NCBI GenBank assembly: GCA_030141605.1
Contig: JAQGDQ010000312.1
Span: 1-64,000 of the forward strand
DNA from: Tubiluchus corallicola
Taxonomy: Eukaryota; Animalia; Priapulida
Reading direction: 5' to 3'
Length of the DNA: 64,000 nucleotides
In this document: positions 34,371 through 48,500 of the stretch, one piece after another
How positions within the stretch are numbered: the first letter of the stretch is position 1
How the letters are laid out: each line of letters opens with the position of its first letter
Notes under the pieces: generated by a model
The model's database searches: none
The model's input: only the letters and a program-made list of their open reading frames with translations
Told to the model about the DNA's origin: nothing
Program-made: the position numbers and the translations under genes

Positions 34371-35642
34371 ATGTATTTCTGAAATTATAGTTCCAAACCC
34401 GAACGTTTGATGCAGACTCTCCTCATCTAATTTCTATTATTGGCTTTTTTTTCTTCCACGAAAACACCAGCCATGGACCATGGTCATTTGAACTGTGCAC
34501 AAAGTACTAAATTACACTTACACAAGCCATAATCCCTAGCGCGAAGTACCAACATTTTTACGAAGACGTGTTTTGTGAATCTGCGCGTAGCGGTAAAATG
34601 TTCGTGCGCACAAACTTACAAAGAAAATAGTTTGTAAGAACTTTAGTGAACCAGGCCAATTTCCAAATCATAAACTCCAAAAACGCCAAACAAACCTTTG
34701 ACTTTGAAAATCTTCTTAGTTCTAGATAATAATACTTTCCTGAAAAGTAATTCATTACGATTAAAAATCTGCGATTTCTCGTAGATTATAGAAATAGACA
34801 TAGACATAGACATTTTTATTTATCTCCTCAATTACACCATAGTATACAAATTGATTATTATTTTTATAGTTATTGATTAAAAAGGATAAATTAAACATAA
34901 AGGAAAGGGTTAGGGGGGTGCAGGAGAAAGGGTAGCGAAAGACCAATTGGTGATCGAGTCAGCTACCAATTTGTTGTTCAACCATAAAAGCTTTAAAATA
35001 CATTTTTGTTTAAGGGAACATACAGGAGTGTGACAAAAAATCTATGATGGAATCACGGATGAAGAGCTTATCTGTTTCAATGCAGAGGTTGAGGTCAAGA
35101 GCAAGGAAGAGGAGTAGACGACTAAGAACAGCAACACTCATCCGAGGAATACGATTAACTAGCCCCATCACTCAGCCGAATTCAAATTTAGGAATAGGAA
35201 TACATTACTGTTAGTTGTCTATAATATGTGATACAAAGCTCACTAATTCTCATGTGATACAAAGGTTCGTAGAAGGGATTAGTTTGTCAAATTCAGAATT
35301 TTAACATGATAGTGACAATGATTCGTGTATGATACAAGAAAAGTCTTAGAAAATGAATCGGAAGTAAGTAATTTTTTAGTTTAGGAAAATTGGGATTGCA
35401 TATACAGTGTACTAAAACATAGAACCCTACAGTGAGTGAGAGAGTGAGTGAGTGTAAATTTGTATTATGGAAAATAAAATTTAATAAATGAGTAAACAAA
35501 CAGTAGTAATATATTAAAAAGCAAACAAACAATATTTGAGCAAACAAACAGTAGTAAAATATTAAAAAGAAAACAAGCAATATTAGCGTATTATCATTAA
35601 TTAACTCCTTGGGGAGTCCTTCACTCCCTAAAACACAAAAAT

Positions 35643-38600
35643 GCTCTTCCAATAAGTTCTCTTCCTGGGTTGCCCAGGGTCACATTTATTTCAAATTAAG
35701 GTCTGGAAAAGCCAGTCTCTTGCGTTCTCCAATATATCTTCTAAACCCTCCCTGTCCTTCTCGAAATCTACACGGAAAAGGCAGTCTCTTGCGCTCTCCA
35801 ATATATCTTCTAAATCTTCCCTTTTCTTCTCGAAATATACACCACAATCACCAGTAATAAACACGTTATATGCCCATCTCATTTCATCATTGTTCCTTTT
35901 CAGTCTAAATCGGCCGAATAATCGACAATCGATTATCTACACAATCGTCGAATCTGTATACGGTTCCCAGTCCCATCTTCGTCCTGGTCTGACAATGGCA
36001 GCTACTCTGGTCTTCAACTGGTTAAAGACATAGGGCTGAGGTAGCTGCCCAGAGTCCTCTTCATTTGTAGCATCTGCACAATCGTCGAATCGGTATACGA
36101 TGTCCCGGTCCCGTCTTCGTCCTAGTCTGACAATGGCAGCTACTCTGGTCTTCAGTTGGTTGAAGACATGTGGCTGAGATGGCTACCCAGAGTCCTCTTC
36201 ATTCGTAGCATCTACATAATCGTCGAATCTGCATGCGATGTCCCGGTCCCTTCTTCGTCCTGGTCTGACAATGGCAGCTACTCTGGTCTTCAACTGATTA
36301 AAGACATAGGGCTGAGCTGGCTGTCCAGAGTCCTCTTCATTCGTAGCATCTACACAATCGTCGAATCTGTATACGATGTCCCAGTCCCTTTTTTGTCCTA
36401 GTCGGACAATGGCAGCTACTCTGATCTTCAGTTGGTTGAAGACATGTGGCTGAGATGGCTGCCCAGAGTCCTCTTCGTTCATAGCATCTACACAATCGTC
36501 GTATTTGTGTCCTGGTCCCGTCTTCGTCCTGGTCTGACAATGACAGCTACTCGGATCTTCAACTGGCTGAAGACATGGGGCTGAGCTGGCTGCACATCAT
36601 CTTCATTCATAGCATGTTCAACTCTGTCGCTTGATTTTTACACGATGTCTGCCCATCGTTTGACATCATCATTCCTTCCAAGTCTGCATCTGAAAATATC
36701 AGCTACCCTCGTCTTCATCCGTTTGAAGATGTGCGGTTGATCAGGCACATCATCATCACTTTCATTCTCATCATTGCTTTCATTTCCAAGTTTTTTTTTT
36801 AAATTTGCTGAGGAGTCGAAAGTCTTGTGGGTGAGTGTGAGAGATCAGTTTCTGTTATTTTAAGGCACATCTGTCAGTTCTAACTCCAAATTTTTTGCAT
36901 GCTTGATGGTAATATCGTTTGACTTTTGACACATTTTCATATCTTAATCATTTCCTTCTGATCTTTGATTACTGATATTGTCTATATGAATCACTGACTA
37001 TATCGCTGTTGCGTTACACGTACTTCTAACTGCATGTGGTGATAGAATTTGAACTTGCTGCATGTAAATTTGTATGTTATACCATTAAAAAAATTGAAAA
37101 TTAAAGTAAAGAAATAAATTATAATACTCTTCCAATAAGTTCTCTTCCTGGGTTGCTCAGGATCACATTTATTTTAAATTAAGGTCTGGAAAAGCCAGTC
37201 TCTTGCGCTTTCCAGTACATCTTCCAGTTCTTCCCTTTCCTTCTCGAAATCTACACCACAATCACCAGTAATAAACACAATATCTGTCCATCTCGTTTTA
37301 TCATTGTTCCTTTTCAGTCTAAATCGGCTGAATAATCCACAATCGATTCTTCGTCTCTTTAGTCGTGTGAAGACATGTGGCTGAGCTGGCTGCCCAGAGT
37401 CCTCTTCATTTGTAGCATCTGCACAATCGTCGAATCGGTATACGATGTCCCGGTCCCGTCTTCGTCCTGGTCTGACAATGGCAGCTACTCTGGTCTTCAG
37501 TTGGTTGAAGACATAGGGCTGAGCTGGCTGTCCAGAGTCCTCTTCATTCGTAGCATCTACACAATCGTCGAATCTGTATACGATGTCCCAGTCCCTTTTT
37601 TGTCCTAGTCTGACAATGGCAGCTACTCTGGTCTTCAGTTGGTTGAAGACATAGGGCTGAGCTGGCTGTCCAGAGTCCTCTTCATTCGTAGCATCTACAC
37701 AATCGTTGAATCTGTATACGATGTCCCAGTCCCTTTTTTGTCCTAGTCGGACAATGGCAGCTACTCTGATCTTCAGTTGGTTGAAGACATGTGGCTGAGC
37801 TGGCTGCCCAGAGTCCTCTTCGTTCATAGCATCTACACAATCGTCGTATTTGTGTCCTGGTCCCGTCTTCGTCCTGGTCTGACAATGACAGCTACTCGGA
37901 TCTTCAACTGGCTGAAGACATGGAGCTGAGCTGGCTGCACATCATCTTCATTCATAGCATGTTCAACTCTGTCGCTTGATTTGTACACGATGTCTGCCCA
38001 TCGTTTGACATCATCATTCCTTCCAAGTCTGCATCTGAAAATATCAGCTACCCTCGTCTTCATCCGTTTGAAGATGTGCGGTTGATCAGGCACATCATCA
38101 TCACTTTCATTCTCATCATTGCTTTCATTTCTAAGTTTTTTTTTAAATTTGCTGAGGAGTCGAAAGTCTTGTGGGTGAGTGTGAGAGATCAGTTTCTGTT
38201 ATTTTAAGGTGCATCTGTCAGTTCTAACTCCAAATTTTTTGCATGCTTGATGGTAATATCGTTTGACTTTTGACACATTTTCATATCTTAATCATTTCCT
38301 TCTGATCTTTGATTACTGATATTGTCTATATGAATCACTGACTATATTGCTGTTGCGTTACACGTACTTCTAACTGCATGTGGTGATAGAATTTGAACTT
38401 GCTGCATCTAAATTTGTATGTTATACCATTAAAAAAATTGAAAATTAAAGTAAAGAAATAAATTATAATACTCTTCCAATAAGTTCTCTTCCTGGGTTGC
38501 TCAGGATCACATTTATTTTAAATTAAGGTCTGGAAAAGCCAGTCTCTTGCGCTTTCCAGTACATCTTCCAGTTCTTCCCTTTCCTTCTCGAAATCTACAC

Positions 38601-41600
38601 CACAATCACCAGTAATAAACACAATATCTGTCCATCTCGTTTTATCATTGTTCCTTTTCAGTCTAAATCGGCTGAATAATCCACAATCGATTCTTCGTCT
38701 CTTTAGTCGTGTGAAGACATGTGGCTGAAATGGCTTCACAGGTTCAAGTTCATTCTTAGCATCTACACAGTCGTCGAATCGGTATACGATGTCCCGGTCC
38801 CTTCTTCGTCCTAGTCTGACAATGGCAGCTACTCTGGTCTTCAGTTGGTTGAAGACATGGGGCTGAGCTGGCTGCACAGAGTCTTCTTCATTCATAGCAT
38901 CTACACAATCATCGTATTTGTATACTGTTCCCAGTCCCGTCTTCGTCCTGGTCTGACAATGGCAGCTACTCTGGTCTTCAGTTGGTTGAAGACATGTGGC
39001 TGAGCTGGCTGCCCTGAGCCCTCTTCATTCGTAGCATCTGCACAATCGTCGAATCGGTATACGATGTCCCGGTCCCGTCTTCGTCCTAGTCTGACAATGG
39101 CAGCTACTCTGGTCTTCAGTTGGTTGAAGACATGTGGCTGAGCTGGCTGCCCAGAGTCCTCTTCATTTGTAGCATCTGCACAATCGTCGAATCGGTATAC
39201 GATGTCCCGGTCCCGTCTTCGTCCTGGTCTGACAATGGCAGCTACTCTGGTCTTCAGTTGGTTGAAGACATAGGGCTGAGCTGGCTGTCCAGAGTCCTCT
39301 TCATTCGTAGCATCTACACAATCGTCGAATCTGTATACGATGTCCCAGTCCCTTTTTTGTCCTAGTCGGACAATGGCAGCTACTCTGATCTTCAGTTGGT
39401 TGAAGACATGTGGCTGAGATGGCTGCCCAGAGTCCTCTTCATTCGTAGCATCTACATAATCGTTGAATCTGTATATGGTGTTCTGGTCCCCTTTTCGTCC
39501 TTGTCTGACAATGCCAGCTACTCTGGTCTTCAGTTGGTTGAAGACATGTGGCTGAGCTGGCTGCCCTGAGCCCTCTTCATTCGTAGCATCTGCACAATCG
39601 TCGTATGTGTCCTGGTCCCGTCTTCGTCCTGGTCTGACTATGACAGCTACTCGGATCTTCAACTGGCTGAAGACATGGAGCTGAGCTGGCTGCACATCAT
39701 CTTCATTCATAGCATGTTCAACTCTGTCGCTTGATTTGTACACGATGTCTGCCCATCGTTTGACATCATCATTCCTTCCAAGTCTGCATCTGAAAATATC
39801 AGCTACCCTCGTCTTCATCCGTTTGAAGATATGCGGTTGATCAGGCACATCATCATCACTTTCATTCTCATCATTGCTTTCATTTCTAAGTTTTTTTTTA
39901 AATTTGCTGAGGAGTCGAAAGTCTTGTGGGTGAGTGTGAGAGATCAGTTTCTGTTATTTTAAGGCGCATCTGTCAGTTCTAACTCCAAATTTTTTGCATG
40001 CTTGATGGTAATATCGTTTGACTTTTGACACATTTTCATATCTTAATCATTTCCTTCTGATCTTTGATTACTGATATTGTCTATATGAATCACTGACTAT
40101 ATCGCTGTTGCATTACACGTACTTCTAACTGCATGTGGTGATAGAATTTGAACTTGCTGCATGTAAATTTGTATGTTATACCATTAAAAAAATTGAAAAT
40201 TAAAGTAAAGAAATAAATTATAATACTCTTCCAATAAGTTATCTTCCTGGGTTGCTCAGGATCACATTTATTTTAAATTAAGGTCTGGAAAAGCCAGTCT
40301 CTTGCGCTTTCCAGTACATCTTCCAGTTCTTCCCTTTCCTTCTCGAAATCTACACCACAATCACCAGTAATAAACACAATATCTGTCCATCTCGTTTTAT
40401 CATTGTTCCTTTTCAGTCTAAATCGGCTGAATAATCCACAATCGATTCTTCGTCTCTTTAGTCGTGTGAAGACATGTGGCTGAAATGGCTTCACAGGTTC
40501 AAGTTCATTCTTAGCATCTACACAGTCGTCGAATCTGCATACAATGTCCCGGTCCCTTCTTTGTCTTGGTCTGACAATAGCAGCTACTCTGGTCTTCAAC
40601 TGGTTGAAGACATGGGGCTGAGCTGGCTGCACAGAGTCTCCTTCATTCATAACATCTACGCAATCATTGTATTTGTATACAGTTCCCAGTCCCATCTTCG
40701 TCCTGGTCTGACAATGGCAGCTACTCTGGTCTTCAACTAGTTGAAGACATGAGGCTGAGCTGGCTGTCCAGAGTCCTCTTCATTCGTAGCATCTATACAA
40801 TCGTTGAATTCGTATACGATGTCCCAGTCCCTTTTTTGTCCTAGTCGGACAATGGCAGCTACTCTGGTCTTCAGTTAGTTGAAGACATGTGGCTGAGATG
40901 GCTGCCCAGAATCCTCTTCATTCGTAGCATCTACATAATCGTTGAATCTGTATATGGTGTTCTGGTCCCTTTTTCGTCCTTGTCTGACAATGCCAGCTAC
41001 TCTGGTCTTCAGTTGGTTGAAGACATGTGGCTGAGCTGGCTGCCCTGAGCCCTCTTCATTCGTAGCATCTGCACAATCGTCGAATTGGTATACGATGTCC
41101 CGGTCCCTTCTTCGTCCTAGTTTGACAATGGCAGCTACTCTGGTCTTCAGTTGGTTGAAGACATGTGGTTGAGCTGGCTGACCAGAGTCCTCTTCATTCG
41201 TAGCATCTACATAATCGTTGAATCTGTAAACGATGTTGCAGTTTCTTCTTCGTCCTGGTCTGACAATGGCAGCTACTCTGGTCTTCAACTGGTTAAAGAC
41301 ATAGGGCTGAGCTGGCTGCACAGAGTCTTCTTCATTCATAGCATCTACACAATCATCGTATTTGTATACGATGTCCCGGTCCCTTCTTCGTCCTAGTCTG
41401 ACAATGGCAGCTACTCTGGTCTTTAGCTGGTTGAAGGCATGTGGCTGAGCTGCCTGTACATCATCTTCAACACTGTCGTTGGATTTGTACATGACGTCTG
41501 CCCATCTTTTGACATCATCATTCCTTCCCTGTCTGCATCTGAAAATACTAGCTACCCTCGTGTTCATCCATTTGAAGATGTGAATCGGATTCCTTCTCAG

Positions 41601-41760
41601 TCAAGGCCTGACATGGTCAGTAACTCTTTTCCTCCAGTTTTCGATAAGATGCGGTCAACACGCTGTACAGAGTCGCCGTCATCTTGTCTTATCTTCATCT
41701 TCACAACTCTATCGTTCCAAAAAACCTTCTGAACTTCTCCACTATTCAATTCAAACATAA
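35643..41760 (-). repeat. Nested repeat array: 138-bp (46-codon) units inside four higher-order gene-like blocks
   Basis: Unit peptide NEEDSGQPAQPHVFNQLKTRVAAIVRPGRRRDRDIVYRFDDCADAT. Blocks end ...ARDWLFQTLI* + AATAAA at 35691, 37174, 38518 and 40273 (spacings 1483, 1344, 1755) and are separated by a shared ~350-bp AT-rich spacer. Every block carries frameshifts or stops. Confidence 0.9.
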
Positions 41761-41939
41761 GCTACAATCCAAAGAATAAGTATAACAGAAAAAGTACTCT
41801 CTCCACTCACGTTTACTATACATGTTGAGAAATTGTTGTGTTGCAACTGTAACTATACAAAATTAACACACAAGCATATGACAGTAATAAGTATGACCAG
41901 ATACGTTGCTATGGTGGAAACATTATAACAATAATGTTT

Positions 41940-42915
41940 CCTTACCTTACCTTAGACCTTAGTCCTTCCTGTGCACGGATGCACATTGGGCAGACAGCAT
42001 TTTCCACTGGGTTCTATCGGTGGCTTCTTTCTCGGTGCTCTCCCAACATCTGTTCATAGTCCAAAGCTCTTCTTTGAAAGATCTGCACCATGTTATTTTT
42101 GGCTGACCTCTTTTCCTTTTTCCACCTGGTGGTTCCCAGCGTAACGCTATTTTCGAGTGGCATTGTTCTGGTAGGCAGAGAATATGTCCAGCCAGTCTGA
42201 GTCTTCTCTCTGCGACTATTTCCTGCAACTGCGCCTGCTGTAGGTCTTCCACATGGGTAACATGGTCGCGATAGAACATTTTTAGGATTTTCCAAAGACA
42301 TTTTTGGTGGAAGACATCCAGTTTCTTAGATATCGCTGCTGTGACTTTCCAGGTTTCGCTGGCATGAAGAGCCTGTAGCAGCACAATGGTGTTGTACAAA
42401 CGAAGCTCGATTTTCAGGTAAATTTTCTTGCTTGCCCAGATTTTTCCAATATTCCTAAATACTGCTGCTGCTTTGCCAATTCTCACCCTGTCGCACCTCC
42501 ATCACAACTCATCACATCACCAAGATATGAAAAGCTGGCAATGTTCTCGACCAGTTGACCTCCCACTGTTATTTGAGCATCATTTTGCTGGTTTGTCCAC
42601 ACTGTGAAAACTTTGGTCTTTTCAAAACTTATTCTCAGTCCAATTTTCCCACTACTTCTGCCAGACTTGTGGTCAATTGTTGCAAGCCTTCTTTTGATGT
42701 TTCCAGAAGTGCTATATCACCAGCAAAGTTCAGGTCTGCCAATTGTTATTGTTGCTGTTGTTGCTGCAGCTGAATTCCCAGGTCTTTTCCATCAACTGCT
42801 TTGTTCATGATGAAATCAATAGAAACAGGAATGGTGACATAATGCAGCCCTGCCTTAATCACCAGTTTCAATGGTGAAATATTCTGTGTTACCGTCTTGC
42901 ATTTTTATGCAACTA
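41940..42915 (-). mobile_element. 5'-truncated RTE-clade LINE (RT C-terminal part)
   Basis: RIGKAAAVF..IWASKKI..K.RLYNTIV....ASETW..LDVFHQKCL..RRLRLAGHILC..W.PPGGKRKRGQPKITW. Upstream degenerate QGCIMSPFLF and DLNFAGDIALL, and a (TAAGG)n tail. Confidence 0.9.
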
Positions 42916-43277
42916 CTCTTTTAAGCGAAACATTTTTTTGATACCATTGATGTATGCAATATGCAGTATATTTATCACCCCATAAATTAGTCCATAAAGA
43001 CATACAGTACAGTATTGGTATCATTGACTATCTGACAAACCTGGATATGATTATAATAGTGAATTATACACTTAGTATTCCCTTATTAATTTTTGTTTAC
43101 TAAACAGGATCATGTTGGCAAAACTGCTTTGGTATACAAATAATTAGTTCTTAGGTTTGTCTTACTGAGTTCCTAATTTTCATGCTTGCTAGTTTGTGAT
43201 TTGAAACTGTTCACTGTGAAAGACAACATTTACTTACTGTCGTTAATTCATAAGATCAAAACATTAAGAAACGGAAG

Positions 43278-43351
<74 letters not shown>
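43278..43351. repeat. (GA)n microsatellite
   Basis: Directly visible. Confidence 0.95.
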
Positions 43352-43355
<4 letters not shown>

Positions 43356-44112
43356 CAGAGAGAGTTTCATGCACTCCTTTTTTGCTTTTTTCTCTAATTT
43401 ACCATTAACCTGGGCAGCACCAAAACACGAGATTTTTTTCTGGAGCTGCCAGTAGCCTATGTGTTAATGTTAAGTCTGTGTAAAAATTCACGTTAATGCT
43501 TTCTGTATAAACTGTTAATGTAACATTGTGACACATGTTAAAAATAGAAATTTTTACTGCAGAGTTTTCACTTTCAGTCTTTTGACTGTTAAATATACCG
43601 CTGGTAAACACAGAAACAAAAGTCATGACAGTAACCTAACGATTAAACTCAGAAAACACATTAAATTATTTAGACTTGTGTTTATTTATTTAAAATTAAT
43701 TTGATACATTCAAAAGTACAAAGCATTGTATAAAAATTAAAAAACACTCAGCTATACTATAAAGTAACTAATAAATTATATAGAAACTAATAAAATGTTT
43801 ATGTATATACATATGCACTCAGACACAAAACATAAAAACACAAGACAGATCACTAGAAATACAATATACAGAAGCATAAAACGCAATAAAGGTCACTATT
43901 AAAGTGGTAAAACATGTTGATTTCATAATGCAAAACGTAGTTTTCACCAGTTCATCCATATAACTGTATTATGATATGCAGAGTAAACATACAATTTATC
44001 AATTATATTATTACAGAGTTCTGCCAGCCCATGTATATATGATCCTGTTATATTTTCTAAGTTTAGGACAGAATATAAACGTATGCAGAGCATTAAACGT
44101 AGCAATAGCTAA

Positions 44113-44748
44113 AAAAGAGTACATGGGCTATACCTCTATACAAAAGAGTACATAGGCTATACCTCCATACAAAAGAGTACATAGGCTATACCTCCATACA
44201 AAAGAGTACATAGACTATACCTCTATACAAAAGAGTACATAGACTATACCTCTATACAAAAGAGTACATAGACTATACCTCTATACAAAAGAGTACATGG
44301 GCTATACCTCCATACAAAAGAGTACATGGGCTATACCTCTATACAAAAGAGTACATAGGCTATACCTCCATACAAAAGAGTACATAGACTATACCTCTAT
44401 ACAAAAGAGTACATAGACTATACCTCTATACAAAAGAGTACATAGACTATACCTCTATACAAAAGAGTACATAGGCTATACCTCCATACAAAAGAGTACA
44501 TGGGCTATACCTCTATACAAAAGAGTACATAGGCTATACCTCCATACAAAAGAGTACATAGACTATACCTCTATACAAAAGAGTACATAGACTATACCTC
44601 TATACAAAAGAGTACATAGACTATACCTCTATACAAAAGAGTACATAGGCCATACCTCTATACAAAAGAGTACATAGGCTATACCTCCATACAAAAGAGT
44701 ACATGGGCTATACCTCTATACCAAAGAGTACATAGGCCATACCTCTAC
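44113..44748. repeat. 29-bp minisatellite (AAAAGAGTACATAGACTATACCTCTATAC), ~22 copies
   Basis: Directly visible. Confidence 0.95.
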
Positions 44749-45535
44749 ATCATACGTAAAATTGCAAAAACACTGCTCAGGATAGTAAGAAGAGTAAAAC
44801 ACAAAGATTACATTACTTTGGCTTGTTGTTTCAGTTTAATGTCATTATTTTTACATTGATTTAAGACTCGGCATAATCAACACGTGATAGAGTTTATTAA
44901 AATTAGCAATAGCACGTACATTGCAAAGTCACGCATGATAGAAAGAATTAAGATGAAATACAAGCACATTTATTTCCGAATTTACTTTTTCACTTTTTCT
45001 TAATAGTAAGCTATTGCAGACACATGGAATTAGTCAATTATTCCCTTGTTACGCGCATAAGGAATCCTGCCTAAAGTCCTAAACAGGTTGTGATTGTGAA
45101 GCATAATTATTGCAATTATTCCATCCCGGGTCGTGGTGATGTGCCGTCAAGTATCCTGTTTATGTCCAAATGCTATATGAGCAGAAACGGTTTCCCGTCT
45201 TGTGATCCATTTTTTCAGACCAACCAAAAAGTAATCAAAATTAGAATAACTTAAATTTCAGCAGGCAAATTAGACAACCAAACATATTAAACGTAATTCT
45301 GTTAGACCTCGCAAATTAGTTTTGTTAGGATTTTCGTTTTCTATGTCCGGATTATCATGATTTTAATTTCTTATTCTCATAAGCATCATTATGATGTCTC
45401 TGGAATTATTTATAAATACGTAATAATTCTAATAATATTTTGTATGCAGTGTAGTAGTTACTAATAGTGACCCTGAAACCAGTCATGTAAGTTTTGGGTT
45501 TTTTTATAACTGCTTAGGTTGAATGGTTGATTGCA

Positions 45536-48500
45536 ATGCCTGCAGAAAGGAAAATTCGCATTAAGAGGGTGAATCCACATATTACGTGCCGATTGTGTCG
45601 AGGATATTTTGTTGATGCAACCACAGTAACGGAATGTCTCCACACCTGTAAGAAAAAATCCTTATTACATGTTTAGTAAATGTGATTATGTAAATTATCA
45701 CCTAATATTCATGAATAGTTCGGTAGAACTCGAATCTTGATATGTGCAAAAGGCAGCTGTGAAAACAATATCAAAGCACACAATTTTACTGCATTATGTT
45801 GAAATTAACAGTTTCAGTTAAAATTGTATTTTTAAAACGGGATGAATTTTAGTTACTTATTTTAAACAGTTATGACAAATTTAGCTGTGAAATTTTTCCT
45901 AGTATTTTGATTTTATGTTAATTTTTCTTGATTTAATTTTGTTGTATCAGAATATTCTTATATCTTGCATCTTCCACCCACATTGTAAGAACATTCGTGG
46001 GAAGGGGTTAAATAAGTTGTCTGTTACAGTAGTGTGACTCAATTTTTGTGTAATAGTTAGCGTAGCTACCCGGAAAGCCGAAGGCCTTGAGTTCGAGTCT
46101 GAATAAAGGTGAAATAATTTTTCAGATGTACTAATTTAGTATATTGCCTTCTTGCATTTAAGATTTCATGCAGTAATCTGTATTTCTAAGCGGCTTTGTG
46201 GAAATCCTGTAAAACGATGTCATTGTAGATCACTGTAGAGAATAGAGGCAGCAAATAATGGTCGTTGATATTGCCCATTTTTCTTTGCAGTTTGCAAAAG
46301 TTGTATTGTAAAATGGTTAGAAGAAAACAACACGTGTCCCCAATGCAAGACGGTTATCCACCAGAGTCATCCACTTCAGTATATTAGGTGCGTAATTTTT
46401 TTAATTATTACAAGCTGATTGCGTTACCAGCCTAGTTTTTAAATTGCACTTTTTGTATCTTTGTACCAAAATTCTATGTAATTCAGCATGTAATTAATTT
46501 TTACGCAAAATCTTACAGCTACATTTGTGTAAAAACTCTTCTTTTTTGGTTATAAATAGTTTCATTAAATTGGTTAGATTAATTTGGTTAAATTAAGTAT
46601 TATAATTCAAATAAATCTTGCTTGTACTTCTGCTGAGCACCATTATTAAAGGAAAGAACAAGTCGCTTAGTATGTTGGGTTTATTTTACTGTTGTCACTT
46701 AAACTTAAAGAAACAGAACAAAAAAATTTGTAAAAAACTGTCAATAAAACATAAAGTTAATTTATATTATTGCTATACAGTGTTCCCTCACTTATCGCGG
46801 GTGTTCTGTTCCAGGCCCACCCGCGATAAGTGAATTTCCGCGAAGTAGGGACGCTACACTTATTTAATGCTTACATGTTTGGGTAGCATCATAGGCCTTG
46901 AATAAATTCAGTCTCTAACGAAAATTTCACAAATAGCGCACAAGAAAACAAATTGCACGGTACCTGAGCCAATCAGCGACTGGGATACAGAGCAGCATTC
47001 TCTGGTTGGTCGCTTTCCATCAATCAACCAATTGTATGTTGTGTACAATCTCACGTCGGCAAGTAGCATCTCAAGCGGGCGCAATTACTACATTTCGTTT
47101 CTGGTGTGTATTCATCCGCTGAATAAATACACTATGTACTGTAAATGGTATTTTTTTATGATTTATAATATTCTTTTAATGTTAGAATTAATATTTTAAT
47201 ATATTTTTAAACATTTTTTATGCAAAATTCATCAAATCTGTACATTACTGTACAATATGTGCTACGCATCTGCAAAAGTACTTTAGACGGAGTGCCGCAA
47301 AAACCCACGAAACAGCGAAAATACCGTGATAAATATTTTACATTAATATTTTTGAAAACCCGCGTAACAGCGAGTCAGCGATAAACAAACCGCGAAGTAG
47401 TGAGGGAACACTGTACAGAACATTAAATCTTCAGGCGCAGTGACCGTCGCTGTTCACTTGAAAATTATGATGTAACTGGGTGACTTTTCATAAGCACATC
47501 GTGGCTTTCTGGAAGCACGCGCTGCTTAAACTAATTCAGACTTCTGCAGCTTACCTAATATTCATGCAAAAACATCACAAAATTAGCTATCCACTTTGTT
47601 GTAAAAACTTATGATACTTTTGATGGAAGTTGACAGTGCGCTGCTTTTCTTCAGTCGATGAACGACATCGTTGGAAGAAGATTGAGAATTGAAAATGGGA
47701 GCGTACAAACGTAAAGTGATCGTGACTTTGAAGTGATTGTAATAATTAAACAAGGAGCTTATTGCAGTTTTATTACTAAATCCTTCTAGCATTTTTCACG
47801 AACATCGAAATAAGCTTATCTTCCCAGAAGACTTTGTCTTTCCATTAAAAATGTTCAATACCTTGACAGCTTTGTGATTGTCCGAGCCAGTTTAACACTA
47901 ACTCTTGTTTTATTATTTTGTTTCATGCAGTTTTGACAGAACAATGCAGGATATTGTATTCAAACTGATACCAGACCTGCAGGAAAGTATGTGTTAAATT
48001 TCATCATCTTAGCTAGTCTCATGGTATCACTAGTTTGTAGACATTTTAATTTGTACCATTAGATCTAATTTTACTCATCGGTTTTTCCTAGTCGGTGAGA
48101 TAAATAACTATGTGAGTGGCTTGTGATCTATGTTAAGCAACACCGAGAATGGTTTGTACCATTAGATCTACGTTTACACATCGGTTTTTCCTAGTCGGTG
48201 AGATAAATAACTATGTGAGTGGCTTGTGATCTATGTTAAGCAACACCGAGAATGGTTTGTGCCATTAGATCTACGTTTACACATCGGTTTTTCCTAGTCG
48301 GTGAGATAAATAACTATGCGAGTGGCTTGTGATATATGTTAAGCAACACCGAGACTGGTTACTGAAATGGATGGGTGGCTACTTGGAGTAAACACTCACT
48401 TTGGGCAACACTTTTATTATTATTATTATTATTGTTGTTGTTGTTATTATTATTATTATTATTATTATTGTTATTGTTATTGTTATTTTCGTTTTTGCTG

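Noticed and set aside
46050-46110. tRNA-like segment (box B GAGTTCGAGTC); similar at ~59900-59950 and ~10315
   Set aside because: No complete cloverleaf or acceptor stem could be built; likely decayed SINE heads.
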